Assembly (NCBI RefSeq): GCF_009914755.1
Contig: NC_060929.1
From: the human T2T-CHM13v2.0 reference genome, Homo sapiens
Length of the DNA: 64,000 nt
Reading direction: 5' to 3' (one strand)
The notes under the pieces are model-generated. The model was given only the letters and a program-made list of their open reading frames with translations. It was not told the origin of the DNA and ran no database searches. Positions 1 to 15,313 of the stretch are shown here, piece by piece. A program made the translations under genes and the position numbers. Each line of letters begins with the position of its first letter. Positions within the stretch are counted from its first letter, which is position 1.

Positions 1-193
1 TAAGCCTGGGAGAAAAAGTAGGGGACAGAATCAAAAGTTCTTTTTCACTGCATTAAGGTTGGAAGTCTGTAAGATATCTAGGAATACATGTCAATTTAAC
101 CTGATTCTGGAGATCACAGGAAAGGGCAGGGATATATATAATTATATTTGGGAGTTACTGGTACAAAACTAGTATTTAAAACCATACGACCAA

Positions 194-516
<323 letters not shown>

Positions 517-957
517 CTAAGGAGAGAATGTAACCACAAGGCACCTCCAAATTTGGAAGTAGTATAGGCTGAGAAAGGGAAGCTAAAATGGTAAACAGGA
601 GAACATGGTGTCAAGAAGTCCAAGAGAATAAAGTATAGCTAGCATGAAGGAGTGGTCAGCTGGGTCAAATTCCAAAGATTTAGATGTGGGCAGAAAAGGA
701 ATCTTTGGATTGCCAACATGGAGGCAGCAAGAGCAGGGCCAGCAGAGTGGTGAGGACTGAAGATGGTAAGAGTTCACTGAAGAAAGGGTCAGAGAAATAA
801 GGCAGTACTAATGGGGACACAAAGTCAAGAGAGGGTTTCCCTCCACCCCCAGAAGGGAGATCCTGGAGTTTACCTAAATAGAGTCAGAAGGAGAGGTTAA
901 TAGTATAGAAAAGAGAAGGACTAATTGAACATGTATATCTTTATCTAATTATTGTCC

Positions 958-1240
958 TTTTTTTTTTTTTTTTTGGATACAGGGTCTTACTCTATCACCC
1001 CGGCTGGAGTGCAGTGGTGTAATCATAGCTCACTGCAACCTCTAACTCTTGGGCTCAAGTAACTCCTCCATATCAGCCTCCTGAGTAGCTAGGACAACAG
1101 GCATGCACCACTGCACCTGGCTAACTTTTAAATTTTTTGTACGTTGCCCAGGCTAGTTTCAAACTTGTGACCTCAAGTGATCCTCCCGCCTCGGCCTCCT
1201 AAAGTGCTGGGATTACAGGTGTGAGCCATGGTGCCCAGCC
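958..1240 (-). mobile_element. Alu (AluJ-like)
   Basis: Poly-T at 958-974 followed by reverse-complement Alu ending gcccagcc. Confidence 0.9.
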
Positions 1241-1339
1241 TAATTAGTGTCAATTTTTGGATGTATTTGATTTACGTTAGGCTGAATAGGGAGTTGTTTT
1301 CCCAATCCCCAGGACTTAAAACCGGGTGGTAATAATAAT

Positions 1340-1565
1340 AAGAATATTAGTTTAACACGTATTTAGTGATTATGTGTGGGGCATTGCTTTATGGACTTTA
1401 CATATATATTAGCTCCTTTATTCCCCCAAATAACAACTGCCCCCATTCTACATTTGAGGAAAATGAGACACAGAGAGGTTAAATAATTTGTCTAGTGTCA
1501 TGTAGACAGTAAGCATCAGAAACAGGATTCTCACTCAAATAGTCTGACTCTGAACTCTTAACTAC
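1340..1565. mobile_element. MIR remnant
   Basis: MIR core-like motif (gaggaaaatgagacacagagaggttaaataatttg); ends approximate. Confidence 0.6.
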
Positions 1566-2986
1566 CAGGAGAAAGTGGTAGGAGGTTTCACAGCCGCTGG
1601 CACTTCCTCAGTTCAGGACATGTTTTATGAATCACCTCCTGTCAGTTACCACCTCTTTTCCCAAGGGTATAAGGTTATATAAAAGGATGAAAGGGTATTG
1701 TTTTTCAATCCTTTCTCTGGTCAGGACAGTCTTCCAAGCTGGTCAAACCAATTAGATGTGTGCAGCAATTCTTTCAAACCAGTTCCTTTTAGGATTTTTA
1801 TAAATATCTACTACACATAAACAATTTTTTTCACAAAAAATTTCCTTCTGTGTACATATTTTGATACACATTTACACATTATTTTAATGCTATATAGTAT
1901 GCAATTATTGGTTGGGGTGTTCCACAATGTACTTAACACTTCAACTATGTATGTGTGTACACTTATGTGTTTATAGAAGAAATCCATGTTCTTGGCAGAA
2001 AAATCTGAAAATACAGCTTAGCAGAAAAAATTCCTTCATTTCATCATTTAATAAATATTTACTGAGTGTCTATTTTGTGTCATGCAAACTTACGAATCAT
2101 GCTTTCAAATACCATTAAAAGCATGAAGAAAATGCAAAAGAAAAACTGCAAGATACAAAATATGCAGAAGATATGTGGAAAAATTAGTAAAACACAAATC
2201 ACACACATGACGAGAGAGACAGAGGGAGAGGAAAAGATTCCAGAAGTAAGTATATCAAACGTAGGCAGTAGTTATTATTTCCAGGTGGTAGGATTAGTAT
2301 GATTTTTATTTTCTTCTGCTTGCCTTTTTTTCCCCGTGTTTTTTCATAATGAACATATATTACTTGAATACTCAGAAAGTTTGTATTTCAATATTAAGTA
2401 TTTCTACATATTATGTTAAGAGCACATGCATTACCAGACATCTGATTTGCTGCTAAAGTAGAATATATGAAGGTAGTAACGCATGGAGTGTATGTGGACA
2501 TTTTTATTGTTTCCATTACTCAATAATAAGAAGCATTGTTTAAAGATGTGTGTGTATGTGGCACTACACAATTATCTATGCTCATCTGGACAGGGACAAC
2601 CAACATGACCCTTTACTTCTTGCCAATAGATCTACCTAGCAGAGAAACAATGAGATCAAAGACACATTTTCAAGGAAAAACAAACCCTGAAAATTCAGAT
2701 ACTTTCTTCCGTCTCTTTGTCAAGGCTACCCTTTAAGATGTCTCCTTTCTTTCAACTTTTTATTATGTAAAATCTCAAACATACTAAAAAATATGTATAA
2801 CTGAGTATTCAAAAATATATACAAGAAACCCCATGTTCCCATCACCCAATTTCAATAATTATCAACAGTATTAAGAACTTTCTTTCCAACTGCTTATCTT
2901 GCACCAGTAAGAAATATAAACTTATGAACAGAAAAACCATCTTTATAGAAAACGATTTTAATCTTAAATTTAAAAAATTGCTTTTA

Positions 2987-3283
2987 GGCCAGGCGCAGCG
3001 GCTCACACCTGTAATCCCAGCACTTTGGGAGGCCAAGGCAGGTGGATCACGAGGTCAGGAGATCAAGACCATCCTGGCTAATACGGTGAAACCCCGTCTC
3101 TACTAAAAATACAAAAAATTAGCTGGGCGTGGTAGCAGGTGCCTGTAGTCCCAGCTACTCAGGAGACTGAGGCAGGAGAAAGGCGGGAACCCGGGAGGCA
3201 GAGGTTGCAGTGAGCCGAGATCCCGCCACTGCACGCCAGCCTGGGCAACAGAGCAAGACTCCGTCCCCCGCCCCCCAAAAAAA
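2987..3283 (+). mobile_element. Young Alu (Y/Sc-like) with 15-bp TSD
   Basis: Alu body flanked by AAAAAATTGCTTTTA at 2972-2986 and 3278-3292. Confidence 0.92.
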
Positions 3284-3647
3284 TTGCTTTTAAAAGCCTC
3301 TGCATGTAACCTTGAAACTTCCTCCCCAAAGAGCTTCTGAGGCCTGCTGATGCAGTTACTACCTTTCTTATGCATTCGCCCTTCTTCCATAATAGCTACT
3401 TGAATGCATTATTATACTTAGAAAATGGAAGAAGCAAAATAAAGAAAGCAGCAAGCTGGGAAGTGTGAAGCCATCAGACAGAACTGGGGGAAACAGTGAG
3501 CACTCCCCCAGGGAAAGTGTGGCCAGGAGGGCAGCCTCAGTATGAGCTGAGGCTGTGGCCTCATGATGGGGAGGCTACTCTCATTTAATGAGAGATCACA
3601 GGCAAGGCCAGTGGAGTGCCATAAAACTGCCACCTGGTTATACCTAC

Positions 3648-3892
3648 CCAAACTGTTGTCACTGCTCGTGGGCCAGGAAGCAATTCTATCCCTCAGCTTC
3701 TTTGTACAGGAGTTGTCTGACTTTGCAGAAAGATCTACTTCCTCCTTCCTAATTTCTCGAACAAGCTGCATGCGGCATCTTGTGAAATCCTGAAAGGAAA
3801 TCTTCCCATTTTCATCTGCTCCCAACTGGTTCATGATCTCAGCCACAGACTCTTCCATATTCAGCTGGCGACAGACCATTAGCAAGTCATTT
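3648..3892 (-). CDS. MCC: MCC (mutated in colorectal cancers) internal coding exon, 245 nt, probably exon 2 of the long EF-hand isoform
   Basis: Translates to (R)NDLLMVCRQLNMEESVAEIMNQLGADENGKISFQDFTRCRMQLVREIRKEEVDLSAKSDNSCTKKLRDRIASWPTSSDNSL(G), recognised as MCC with an EF-hand-like loop. Acceptor ttctgcag|AAATGAC (AG at 3894-3893), donor TTGG|gtaggt after 3648. The rest of ORF 3418..3936 is intronic read-through. Confidence 0.93.
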
Positions 3893-5399
3893 CTGCAGAA
3901 GGGGTTGAACAGAAGAAAATGTGTTATGAGTGACATTTAAGCTAGAGAAACTGGTTAATGAAAAAAAAAAGGTATTTCTTAAATATATTCACATACTAGA
4001 CCTATTTTCAACTTTCTCATTGTTTCTAGAAAAGTGATAAGTGTATGAAAAAAACGTGTTCCATTTGGGTTATTCTAAACAAAAACTCTATTATTTGGAA
4101 TGGTGAGGCAACTTTTAATCTTTTGTTCTCTTTTTCTTCCTGTTTCCACACCCTTCTCTCCCTTTCTTTGTTTTGAAATTGAGGATTATAAAGTTCTTTC
4201 TTTACACCTGAAGAGCATAGCACTGTAATCTCACTGTAAGATAAAGTTTCAGAACATAGAACAGACATTATTTCTACTCTTGGCAGAGTCCAAAACCTAG
4301 TCAAGTTATAAAAGAACCAACAGAGATTTTAACAAGCTTGATTTTCAGCTTTCTGGACCAATCAGCTAACTTTAGTACTTGTTTAAAACATCATTTAATC
4401 TTGACTTTCGTGGTTCAATGCTTAGCTACCTTTGGTTTTTCCTGCTTTTGAGTATTTTCCACCTTCCCACAAGCAATCAGTGAGCCCTAAGACTAAGAGC
4501 AGGGATCAAAATCTCAATGTCTTCCAGGACTAGATTTAATGTAAATGTGTGAAGTGGATAGATCTAAGATAAGAGGGCTTGGTGGGGTCTGTGGCTGGAC
4601 TAGAGAAGTGTATCCAGCCTATAGAGTCTCAAATTTAAAAAAAGAAAAATAAAAAAGAATTTCAAAAAGAATAACAAGAACAATAACCCTATGCTGACCA
4701 AGAACATTTATGTGGAGGACATCGGTTTGATCCCTGACATACAAGTCTTGTTCTTTTCTCTCTACCTAACCTCCTTTAGCAAATATTTTGCTCATATTCC
4801 TCCAACTGCAGGTTTCAACAAAGGTCAAAGGACTGTAGAATTTAAGTGCTGGAAGAGACATTAGAAATTTGTTCATTGTCACAAACAAAGCTAATTAGTG
4901 TGCCTGTCTCAACATACTACCAAAGTTCAGTTATCTGGAGAATATAACCAGTTTGATGTTTGCTGATACCTGAAACCTAATCATGCTAAGACCACTCTTC
5001 AAGTCACCCTTCACAAATTCTATCTCCTGGTCAATGTCACTATGGTCTCTCTCAAATTCCCTAGGCTCACAAAATTGTGGGCATTTTTAATATCTTCTCA
5101 TTCACTCCTCCTTATCCCTAATTCTGTGCCCTGCACTCCCCTCCCCGACCTCTGCCCTTGTCCCCTTCCCCAAGTTTCCAGGGTCTGAGTTATCATCAAA
5201 TTTAGGTTAGTCTTCTCCCCGAAATGCTTTTATACTTGCTCTTTATGGTGTTTCTAAATAAATGTAAAAGACTCCAAGACCTTTCAATTTATGCCAGGCC
5301 TATGCCACCAGCCTTTTTAGCTCATCACCCTGCTTCCATATGCTATCCCATTTTCATGTTTTATAAAGAATTTTTACACATAGCTACATGTTTTATCTT

Positions 5400-5515
5400 C
5401 TGTGTACATGTGTGTCTGTGTCCATATGTATATCATATATATATATATATATGCCTCTGCATCTGTGTATACACACATACACATATACACATACACATAC
5501 ACACACACATATATT
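5400..5515. repeat. Mixed (TG)/(TA)/(CATA) simple repeat
   Basis: Seen directly. Confidence 0.85.
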
Positions 5516-6409
5516 TGTAAAGTAGATGCATGAGGATAGGAATAAATATATACATGGAAGTGGGTATGGCAGGTTAAATTATTAATATTAGTCCTAATTT
5601 TTCATTATCCCACAGTAGTGTTATAAAAGTATACCCTTGCCTTGGTCTCAGGGCCAAGGACATTCATGGTAGGTGTGTCCTTTCCCATCCCTTAACTTCA
5701 GGCTTCACATCTAACTTGCTTTGGCCCCTCGGATATTACTGGACAAGTGCCTATACTGTTGAGCTTGTCCCCTTTTGCTTCAGTCATCATTAGGAGAAAA
5801 ACATACCATGGTAGCCATTATCCCTGTATCTAGCCTGGGTCTCAAAATAAGCCACCCCAATCTATCTGAAGACTCATAGCTTAAGAAAAGTCATTCCAGC
5901 TGACCCCAAAATGTGTGATCAAAAGTAAGTTCTTATTGTTCATGCAAATTAAAGTTCATTCTTAAGCTCAGATTTTGTGATTTTTCTTCCATCAGTAGCT
6001 AATCGATAAACTGGAAAAATGTTTGTTTGGTTTTTAAAGTAATATTTTCATATAATATTTTCATATAAGACCTACCTGATATTCAGCCAGATTCATCCAA
6101 GAGTTAGGGATGATTAGGATTGCTAAAGCAGGAATACCAACAGAAAGAAAGGATCCTGCTTTTACTCTGAGTTCAGGGTTCAGATTATACTTTCTAAAAT
6201 AAGGATTTCTTTTTTAGATATTTAGAGAATAGTCTTAAATTTAGGCTTAGCAAAAAATAAAGAGGTTTTCCAAATTCTAGAAGTTCATGTAATGTTAACA
6301 TTAATATTCTCTGATTGGTAAAAATATGGTGTATTCATTTTTCCTGTCTGTGTATTTTCACTTTTCACAGTGTATTATACTACTTTCATAAATTGATATG
6401 TCATTGTAG

Positions 6410-6545
6410 GTTTAAAATGGGGATAGTAGTAGTACCTACCTCATAGGGCTGCTCTGAAAAGAAATGAAATAATACATAGAAAGCACTTAACATAGTTCCT
6501 GGCACATATTAAGTACTCAATAAACAGTAGCCATTATTATGGTTG
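6410..6545. mobile_element. MIR remnant
   Basis: aaaatggggatagtagtagtacctacctcatagggct...aaagcacttaacatagttcctggcacata matches the MIR core. Confidence 0.75.
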
Positions 6546-7064
6546 TTTTATAATTGTTGATCATAGATCTTTCATAATACCCCAGTTTCATGATTAGGGC
6601 TTTAAAAATGAATTGTGATCTGCTCAGGGGAAAAGAATACTGAACGGAACTGACTACCTCACTAAGTGGTACAATCTGTCCACAGAGGCCCACCCTTCCT
6701 CCCTGCTGGCAGCCCACTTACATATATTGGGCACCCTGGTGAGAAACTCAGCTCTATCCAGGCTTGAGAAGCCCCATTCTACAAGAAACAGCTGCAAAGA
6801 AGTAACTGTGGTCTAGAAATACCAACTCAGAGTAGAATGTGTAACACTGAATTTTAATTTTAAACGTGTAGGCTGTTGAGAGGCTGATATAAAAGATCAA
6901 AGCCAAAATACATTCATTGCACTCTACCAAATTAAGTCAAATTGTAAGTTTTAAATAGAAGTACTAGTTTTTAAAAACTAAATTCAAGCTAAATTCTTTC
7001 AGTATAGAAATACAAAATTAACAATAATAACTAACAAGCCTGCAGGGGAATTACAATTATCCCC

Positions 7065-7481
7065 TGATATGGTTTGGATGTTCACCCTCTCCAAATTCCA
7101 TGTTGAAATGTAATCTACAATGTTGGAGGTGGGGCCTGGTAGGAAGTGTTTGGGTCATGGGGGTTAATCCCTCATGAATGGTTGAGCACTATCCCCTTGG
7201 TGATGAGTGAGTTCTCTCCCTGTTAGTTCACACAAGAGCTGGTTGTTTAAAGAGGCCTGACACCTCCTCCCCCACCTTGCTCCCTCTCTTGCTATGTGAC
7301 ATGCTGCTTCCCCTTTGCCTTCCGCCATGATTGGAAGTGTCCTGAGGCCTTCACCAGAAGCAGATGCCAACATCATACTTCCTATACAGCTTGCAGAACA
7401 GTGAGCCAAAATAAACCTTTTTTCCTTATAAATTACCCAGCCTCAGGTGTTTCTTTACAGCCACGCAAGAATAGACTAACA
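7065..7481 (+). mobile_element. MaLR solo LTR (MST family)
   Basis: TGATATGGTTTGG start, AATAAAcc signal, ...gactaaCA end; typical MST sequence. Confidence 0.85.
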
Positions 7482-10122
7482 TGTCCCCATTTTACAGATT
7501 ATGATATGACAGTTGAAAGAGTCAGAGACAGTATGAGGCACAGCCTGGAAATCTAAACCAAATCGGTCTGATTCTAGAGCTCTTGCCCTTTCCATGCTAT
7601 CATCTAGCATCTCGGACATTAATAACAGGTACACTTTGGCATGAGAAAACAATTAGGGACAGCACTAACATGAGCAGCTTGATTATCAAAGGTCATGAAT
7701 TAACAACGCTTTTATATCAAACCAGAAAATTACATTCATCTATACATGTGTTATCCTTCTATGTTACACACGAATGAGAATATAAAGTTACATTTTGTTA
7801 CCAACAAGATGAGAAAACAAAGTTACAGGAGAGGAAGAAAATTATAAAAGCTCTCCTTTATATCAAGAGCTAAGTCTGGAGAACTTGAATCGCAGGGTAT
7901 TTCCATACGCCACCTTGCCAGGTTGTTACAAATGGCCTTCAATGACGTACAGTCCCCTGTGACTATGCCTCTTTACAGCATGCCTTTGCCATTCCTCCCA
8001 TCAATAGGTGGAGGCTATTTCCCTGCCCTTGAATCTGGGCTGGCCTTGAGACTGGCTTTGACCAACAAAATGTGGCGGAAATAAAATTCTAGGATTCTGA
8101 ACACACAGGCCTAAAGACACCTTCTAGCTTCCAATTTCAACTCAATGCCTTCCACTTCCATGCAGTCCTGGCAGCCTGCTCAGCCCCATGGTGGTCTTTT
8201 CCTTCTGATAACATTTAGTACCTGCACCAGTCATTTGGTGATTATTTACAGTTTTGTGACAGCTTTTGGACTGTACTTAACTTTGATTTCTTTCTCTCTT
8301 TCTCTTTTTAAAAATTGTTTTCACATATTCAATCCTTATCTTCCCAATATGACCATGAGCTCCTGGCAGCCAGTGTTGATGCTACGTCAATTCCCTTTGA
8401 GATGTGTGCAGCACCCAGCACACCACCACATGCACAGCAGACCCCATCACATTTGTTTTGATGGAATGATACATAAACTCTCAGAAGTTGAAAATGATCT
8501 TTCTTTTAAAGAGGGTCCCCACTTTGGATATTTTCCACCATATACCTGTCTTTGTATTTTCCCACATAATGCAGCACATGGGATGCTCAGTAAGTATGAA
8601 GGACCAATGGCCTCCATAAAACACTAATAACCCTGTAGCCTTAGTGACAGAACAGCAGGACATTTCTCTGCCCTAGGCAAGGAAAGTTTTTCAGAGGAAG
8701 AGATACTAAATTGAGACTGTCCAAAACTAAGATAGTCCAGCAGAGAACTATGTCAGTAGCAATAACAACATCATGTAAGTGTTCTGCCTTGAAAAAAAAT
8801 AAAACTTTTGTATATTATTTCAGAAAACACATATTCATTGTAGAAAATGTAGACAAGCAGAAAGAAAATACAGCTTACATGCAATCCCTTTACCTAGCAA
8901 TAACCACAGTGAATATCTGGTGAATTACACAAAATTGTACTGAACATTTTTTCCTCTAAGTCGTTATTGTTACAAATGCTTTAAAAGGTGTTTCATACTC
9001 ATATTCATGCATATGTATCTTATCTTCAGATGATATCATCATAACATGAGAAAGAAAAAGACCTCAGTTTGTATCAGAGGAGCTGGCCAAGTCAGGCAAT
9101 ATTTAGCTCTTAGAGAACACCAATCACCAGACAGCAGAACTAAAATGACTTCAGTCATTTCAAGATTGATGCTTCTCACTCAAAACTGCATGGTTTCTCA
9201 ATGAACAGCTATTATTTTCTATATATAAAAGTCTTCTTTTTCTCTTGGCTATTCTTCCTTTAACTTATAAAGAAATTGAGTATGAAGTGAAAATTCAGTA
9301 AAACTATTTGTCATTCAAGTAAATTCGCAGCCTAACCTTGGGGATGTATAATGGGAAAGATGGGCTTTGGTCTCTCAGGCTCAGGGGCAGAGAAAAACAC
9401 TATTCTTCCCCACAATGATAATAAATCCCAAACCCAGTTGGAATGAGGGCTATACAGAGGCAATTTAAGTAGTAGGTTGCATGCTTTTGTTCGAAATTCT
9501 CAACTAACAGAGACCCCTGGACCTAGTAGGTAGTCCAGAAATAGTTGCTCATGAAAGACTACAAAAAACATCTAAAAACTTATTTTGCCCCAAATCTTCA
9601 ATTTGAGTCACACAAAAAATGTAATTTAGAAGTCTCTAATTTCAGTTCTACAAATATTGAAAGTATGAAAATTATAATTAGGTCATAAAAAGTAACAGGT
9701 TTCCGGGCTATAGTTGGTAATTTCTGTGTACAGCTGTTGAACGGAATAAATGCATTTGCCTTTCTTTCATCATTGCTTCTTACGAAATAAGTAGAGTGAA
9801 GTACAAAACAATAAGCAAATAAGCAAACAAAACCATATTTAAGAAAAAAGGAGAAGAAGTTATTAAATATAGGAAATTTCAACAAATTTCAGAGAGACAC
9901 AAAAGAGATGGGAGCATGATGATGGATGATACAGGCGCTAGAAATCCTTGCCTAGAATATGCAGCAGGGGAGCTGCTGGGTGGTACTAAAACGCTGAAGG
10001 TTCTGGGTTTATAGCCAGCCAGTGTGATGAATTGTGAGAATGAGAAGTGGGGCTGAAAACAGTGGCTGTACTTCCTTTTCCTAGCATGGAATAAGGAGAT
10101 ATTGTCTAAAGTTGGTAATCAG

Positions 10123-10426
10123 GGTTGGGCATAGTGGTTCACGCCTGTAATCCCAGCACTTTTAAAGGCCAAGGCAGGAGGATCACTTGAAGCCAGGAGT
10201 TCGAAACTAGCCCGGGCAACAAAGTGAGACATTGATCTTCACACAAAAAATTGAAAAAATTAGCCAGGCATGGTGGTGCACACTGTAGTCTCAGCTACTT
10301 GGAAGGCTAAGGCAGGAAGGTCACTTGAGTCCAGGAGTTTGGAGGCTGCAGCGAGCTATGATTGTACTACTGCACTCCAGCCTGGGTAACACAGCGAGAC
10401 CTTGTCTCTGGGGAAAAAAAAAAAAA
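10123..10426 (+). mobile_element. Alu (AluJ-like) with decayed TSD
   Basis: Alu dimer flanked by aaagttggtaatcagg / aaagctggtcatcagg. Confidence 0.88.
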
Positions 10427-10774
10427 GCTGGTCATCAGGATACAGAAGTATTAGCATATTTTTCCGTGTTACGGAAGAAATGATCAGGAGAACTAGAAGC
10501 ACAAATGGTACCAAGACTTTGCCTCTGGGGACTGGGCATGGGTGTGGAGAGGGAGGTAGGGTAGGAGGGTTGTGTTTTGTCACAAACTCTTCTGTATAAT
10601 TTTATTTTGTTGTTTCCCATATGCATGAATAGTTTTTATTAAAGTAATGTTTTCAAATTTTAAAAAACCAAATAGATTATTAATGTAATTTGAGATATGA
10701 CAAAGATTGTATTTAGATAAAGAATTCCACAATGCAATAAGGAAAATATAACAACCCAGTAGAAAAATGGGTAA

Positions 10775-10945
10775 GGCTAGGCGTGGTGGCATGTGCCTGT
10801 AATCCCAGCTACTTGGGAGGACGAGAAGGGAGGATGCCTTGAGGCCAGGAGTTCAAGGCCATAGTGAGCTACGATTGCCTATGAATAGCAACTGCACTCC
10901 AGCCTGGGCAACAAAGTGAGACCCCGTCTTTAAAAATAAAGAAAA
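10775..10945 (+). mobile_element. Fossil Alu monomer (FAM-like) inserted in an old L1M remnant
   Basis: Monomeric 7SL-derived sequence retaining gcctatgaatagc; agaaaaatggg on both sides; flanks (about 10700-12000) resemble decayed L1M 3' sequence. Confidence 0.75.
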
Positions 10946-13513
10946 AGTAAGAAAAATGGGCAAATGACGTGAACAGTCAACAGAAAAGAAAACCCCAATG
11001 GCCAATGAAGATATAAAAAGATTCCTAACCTCACTAAGTATAAGGAAAACGTAATTTTAGAAACTGGATGCCATTTTAGTATCTAATGGATTGCCAAAAA
11101 CATTAGTCTTACAATACCAAGTGCTGACAAGGAAACAGAAACTTTCACATGGTATTGGTGGAAGAAAAGCTGGTACCACCTCTTGAGAGGACTTTGGCAA
11201 CATCTAAAAAAAAAAAAATAGACTCAAGCATACCCTTCAACCAGAAATTCAACTTTTAGTTACATGTGCTCAAGAAATTTATGCATAAATGGAGGAGACA
11301 TGAACAATATCTGTAACAGCAAAGAATTGAGAAGAGGTTAACAATAATATTAATAGTCATATTTATAATAATAGCTAATACACACTGGATGTTTATTGTA
11401 TGCCAGGGCTTGAGCTACTCCTTTATATATATTAATTAATTTAATGCTCAGCACCACTCCATGAGGTTGGTACCACTATTATCTCCATATATAAGTGAGG
11501 AAATTGAGGAACAGAGATGTTAAATAACTAGTCCAGATGCCTATCAACAGAAAATACGTATATATACAAATTGAAGTGGCATCACATAATGAAATACAAT
11601 AGAATGTAGGTTTGAAAGAAATGCATCTACAATGTATCATCATAAAAAATCTCAAAAACAGTAGTGAGTAAAGACATCAAGTTGAAGAATGACATAAACA
11701 ATATGACAGTATTAATCAAAGGTTTAAAAATATACAAACAATGCTATAAACTGTGTATAGATTTACACATAGGCAAGTAATAAAAACAAGGTCAAGAAGC
11801 ATAAATCTCAACTGTAAAGAGGTGAGAGAGGGAGAAGAACAGGATTAGGGAAAGGCACAAAGGGGGCTTGACATGCATTTGTAATGTTGTTTTTAAGAGC
11901 TGTGGACAAATATAATAACTTCTCTGCAATCTGGGTATGGTACATATGTGTTAATTACATACTCTGTAACTTTCAATATTTAAAATGTCTCTTAATTTAA
12001 AAATCTAACATATATATAAAGCCGATTCAAAATAAGTTTGGTCTGAGGCTATAGTTGGAGGGGAAAATGTTTAAAATAATGTCATTCATATCAATAAGTG
12101 TTTACAGGACATGACCCTTGGAGTTAATCAAATTAGATGAATGATCCAAAATGTCATTTTGGAACTTTTGTTCATCCTTACAGACTAGAGAGCATCTGGT
12201 TATTTTCCTGGTATGACTTTTTAGGAGTGGAATTACTCATTGTTAAAAGGTTCAATCTCTCAATATAGTTTTCTCAACATCCTTCGAGAAACATCAGATT
12301 TATAGTCCCACTAGCAGTGTCTGAGCTGCTCACGCTTTGGCTATGTTTCTAGAGACAGTAGTCTAATTCCCTACATAGAGAGTATTCCCTATGTCCTCAT
12401 TTTCTTTTCTGCAAAGGCATTCATAACATATAATCCCAGAGACACATTTCTTTCTTTCTCTTCAGCGCTTAATGCCGACTGCTACCTTCTTGAAACTCTT
12501 CCTTCAGTCTGTTAAACTCTGTCTTCTGGTTTCTCCCATCTCTGTATGAAAGGTCCATATCAGAATTCTTGTCCTTAAATACATGCTATCTTAGAGTCAT
12601 ATCCTTGGCCCCCTGTTTTTTCACTCTAAAACTCTCTACAGATAATCTAATCTAAATCTGTGGCTTTCATCTACCACTATGTATGGCTGACTACCAAATT
12701 TCTATCTTCAATTAAGTAGCAATCCATTTTCTACTGGGTAGATACAATTGACTGTCATATATTTATCTTGAACTCAAAGTCCTGTGCTTAATTCATCATC
12801 TCGTACCCTTTCCCAAATTTTCTCCTTCAACCTACATAAATTATACCATCCAGTCACCCATGCTGGAAATCTAGAAGTTATCTAGGATGTTTCTTTCTTG
12901 GTTATCCCCATACTCAATTACCAAGGACTGGAGCTTTTATTGTCTAAATAGCTCTCACATCCATTCCGTCCTGATCATCCCTACCTCTCAACATTTTCCA
13001 CCTGGTTTACTGCATTGGTCTCCTAATTGGTCTCACTCTTTCCAACAGGCAGCCAACAAATTCTGTTACTCTTTCCTGCTTAAAATCCTTTATTTGCTCC
13101 CCACAAGACTTTTAGCTTCATACCCAAGTTTCTCACTTCATAGCCAAGGCCCATCAGAACATAGCTGGGCCTACCTCTCTAGTCTCATCTTCTTGCTGAA
13201 GTAGGTAGCCTTCATTCCAGCCACCAAATTTCTTTTAGCTTCTATAAACGGTCACTGTTATTTTACATGCTCCTGCTTTGCACATGTTTGTCCCTCTGCT
13301 CAGAACATCCTTTTCTTTCCCTTTCTTCAAACTCCAGCGCATGTTTCATAAGTCACTTGAACAGCGTCTCCTTCAGAAATCTTCTGTATCTCACATAACT
13401 CCCAGTCTAATTTGATAGCTCTTCAGTATCTTATCAAAGTAATTGCTCAAGCTTCGATCACTTACCCCACTCTATAGTAATGACTGATTTATTTTATCTC
13501 ACTTCTAGTAAAC

Positions 13514-13733
13514 CAGAGGTTGGCAAGTAAGACCTGCAGCCAAATCTAGATCATTTCCTGTTTCTGTAAATCTAGTTTATTGGAACAGAGCATGCCCATT
13601 TATCTATGTAATGTCTATGACTACTTTTTTGCTATAATAGCAGAGTTGAATCATTGTGACAGAGACCATATGGCCCACAAAACCAAAAATATATACTATA
13701 TGACCCTTTACAGAAAAAGTTTGCAAATCTGTA
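13514..13733. mobile_element. MER58-like hAT DNA transposon
   Basis: cagaggttggcaa start, ...gaaaaagtttgcaaatctg end, internal gacagagaccatatggcccacaaa motif. Confidence 0.7.
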
Positions 13734-14014
13734 CTAGGCTGTAAATTCCTAGAGGACAAAGTTCATTCCTTGTTCATTATCTTTGAGTCTGTAACACCTG
13801 GTATACAGTAAGTGCTAAATAAATGCATAACAAATAAATGAATACGTGGGTAAATATAATGTTAGACTTGAGGTAAAAGAGGTGAAAAGAGAACCTAAAA
13901 CATGAAAACTTTAATGCCATTTCTCCTGTACTTTTTGCACACTTCATTTTGCAATCACAAATTAAAACAAAACAAGTTGGTATCATTAGGTTTTTAAATA
14001 TCTTCTAGTATATA

Positions 14015-14423
14015 TGTATGAAAGGAAAATAAAAACTTGGGACCCTAAATTCACTATGCCAAAAGAAAAAAAAATTAAGCTGAAAGCTGAGTCATGCAAG
14101 AAGCTGCCTTTCCTTTTGTTCCAAAGCAGATAGCTACAGATAAAAAGTTAAATATCTCCACAGGTAGCTACTCTATGTTCACCTTATCTTATTTAAAGTG
14201 CCAATTTACTGAGCACCAGGCGTATATGTAATTGACTATTCCCCTACCTGCTCCTTTTCTCTTGCAATATATGAATTCAGTAAGGTGACCATACCCTCCC
14301 TCTTTCCCCCCAGGCTGCTGTTTCCCTTTAAATACTGAAGCCTTCAAAATCCATGCACGCTTAACCTTGGCAAAATAAACTTCTAAATTGATTGAGACCT
14401 GTCTCAGATACTTTTTGGTTTAT
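14015..14423 (+). mobile_element. MER4-group ERV1 solo LTR
   Basis: tgaaaggaaaataaaaacttgggaccc start; aataaacttctaaattgattgagacctgtctcagatac end. Confidence 0.72.
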
Positions 14424-14669
14424 ATATGCTGGGCTCCATACCATTCAAGTCAGTAATCTAAACTTTCTATATAAATAGATATTAATTATGATGCTCAACT
14501 CTTCATAATTGCCTGGGGTGATTAATTAAAATATTTTGATGCTTATGCTCCATGGCCCATGCAACTACATCAGAATGGTGGGGGTGGGGGACTGGGAAAT
14601 GGGAGAGGGGAAGGCAGCATCAGTATTTGTTAAAAGGCTTCCTAAGTAGTTCAGAGAACTTCTGTCCTA

Positions 14670-15313
<644 letters not shown>

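Noticed and set aside
3418-3936. 172-aa ORF as a stand-alone gene
   Set aside because: Only 3648-3892 is bounded by splice sites and resembles MCC; the rest is intron.
8145-8627. 160-aa ORF
   Set aside because: No recognisable domain; lies in decayed repeat-like sequence.
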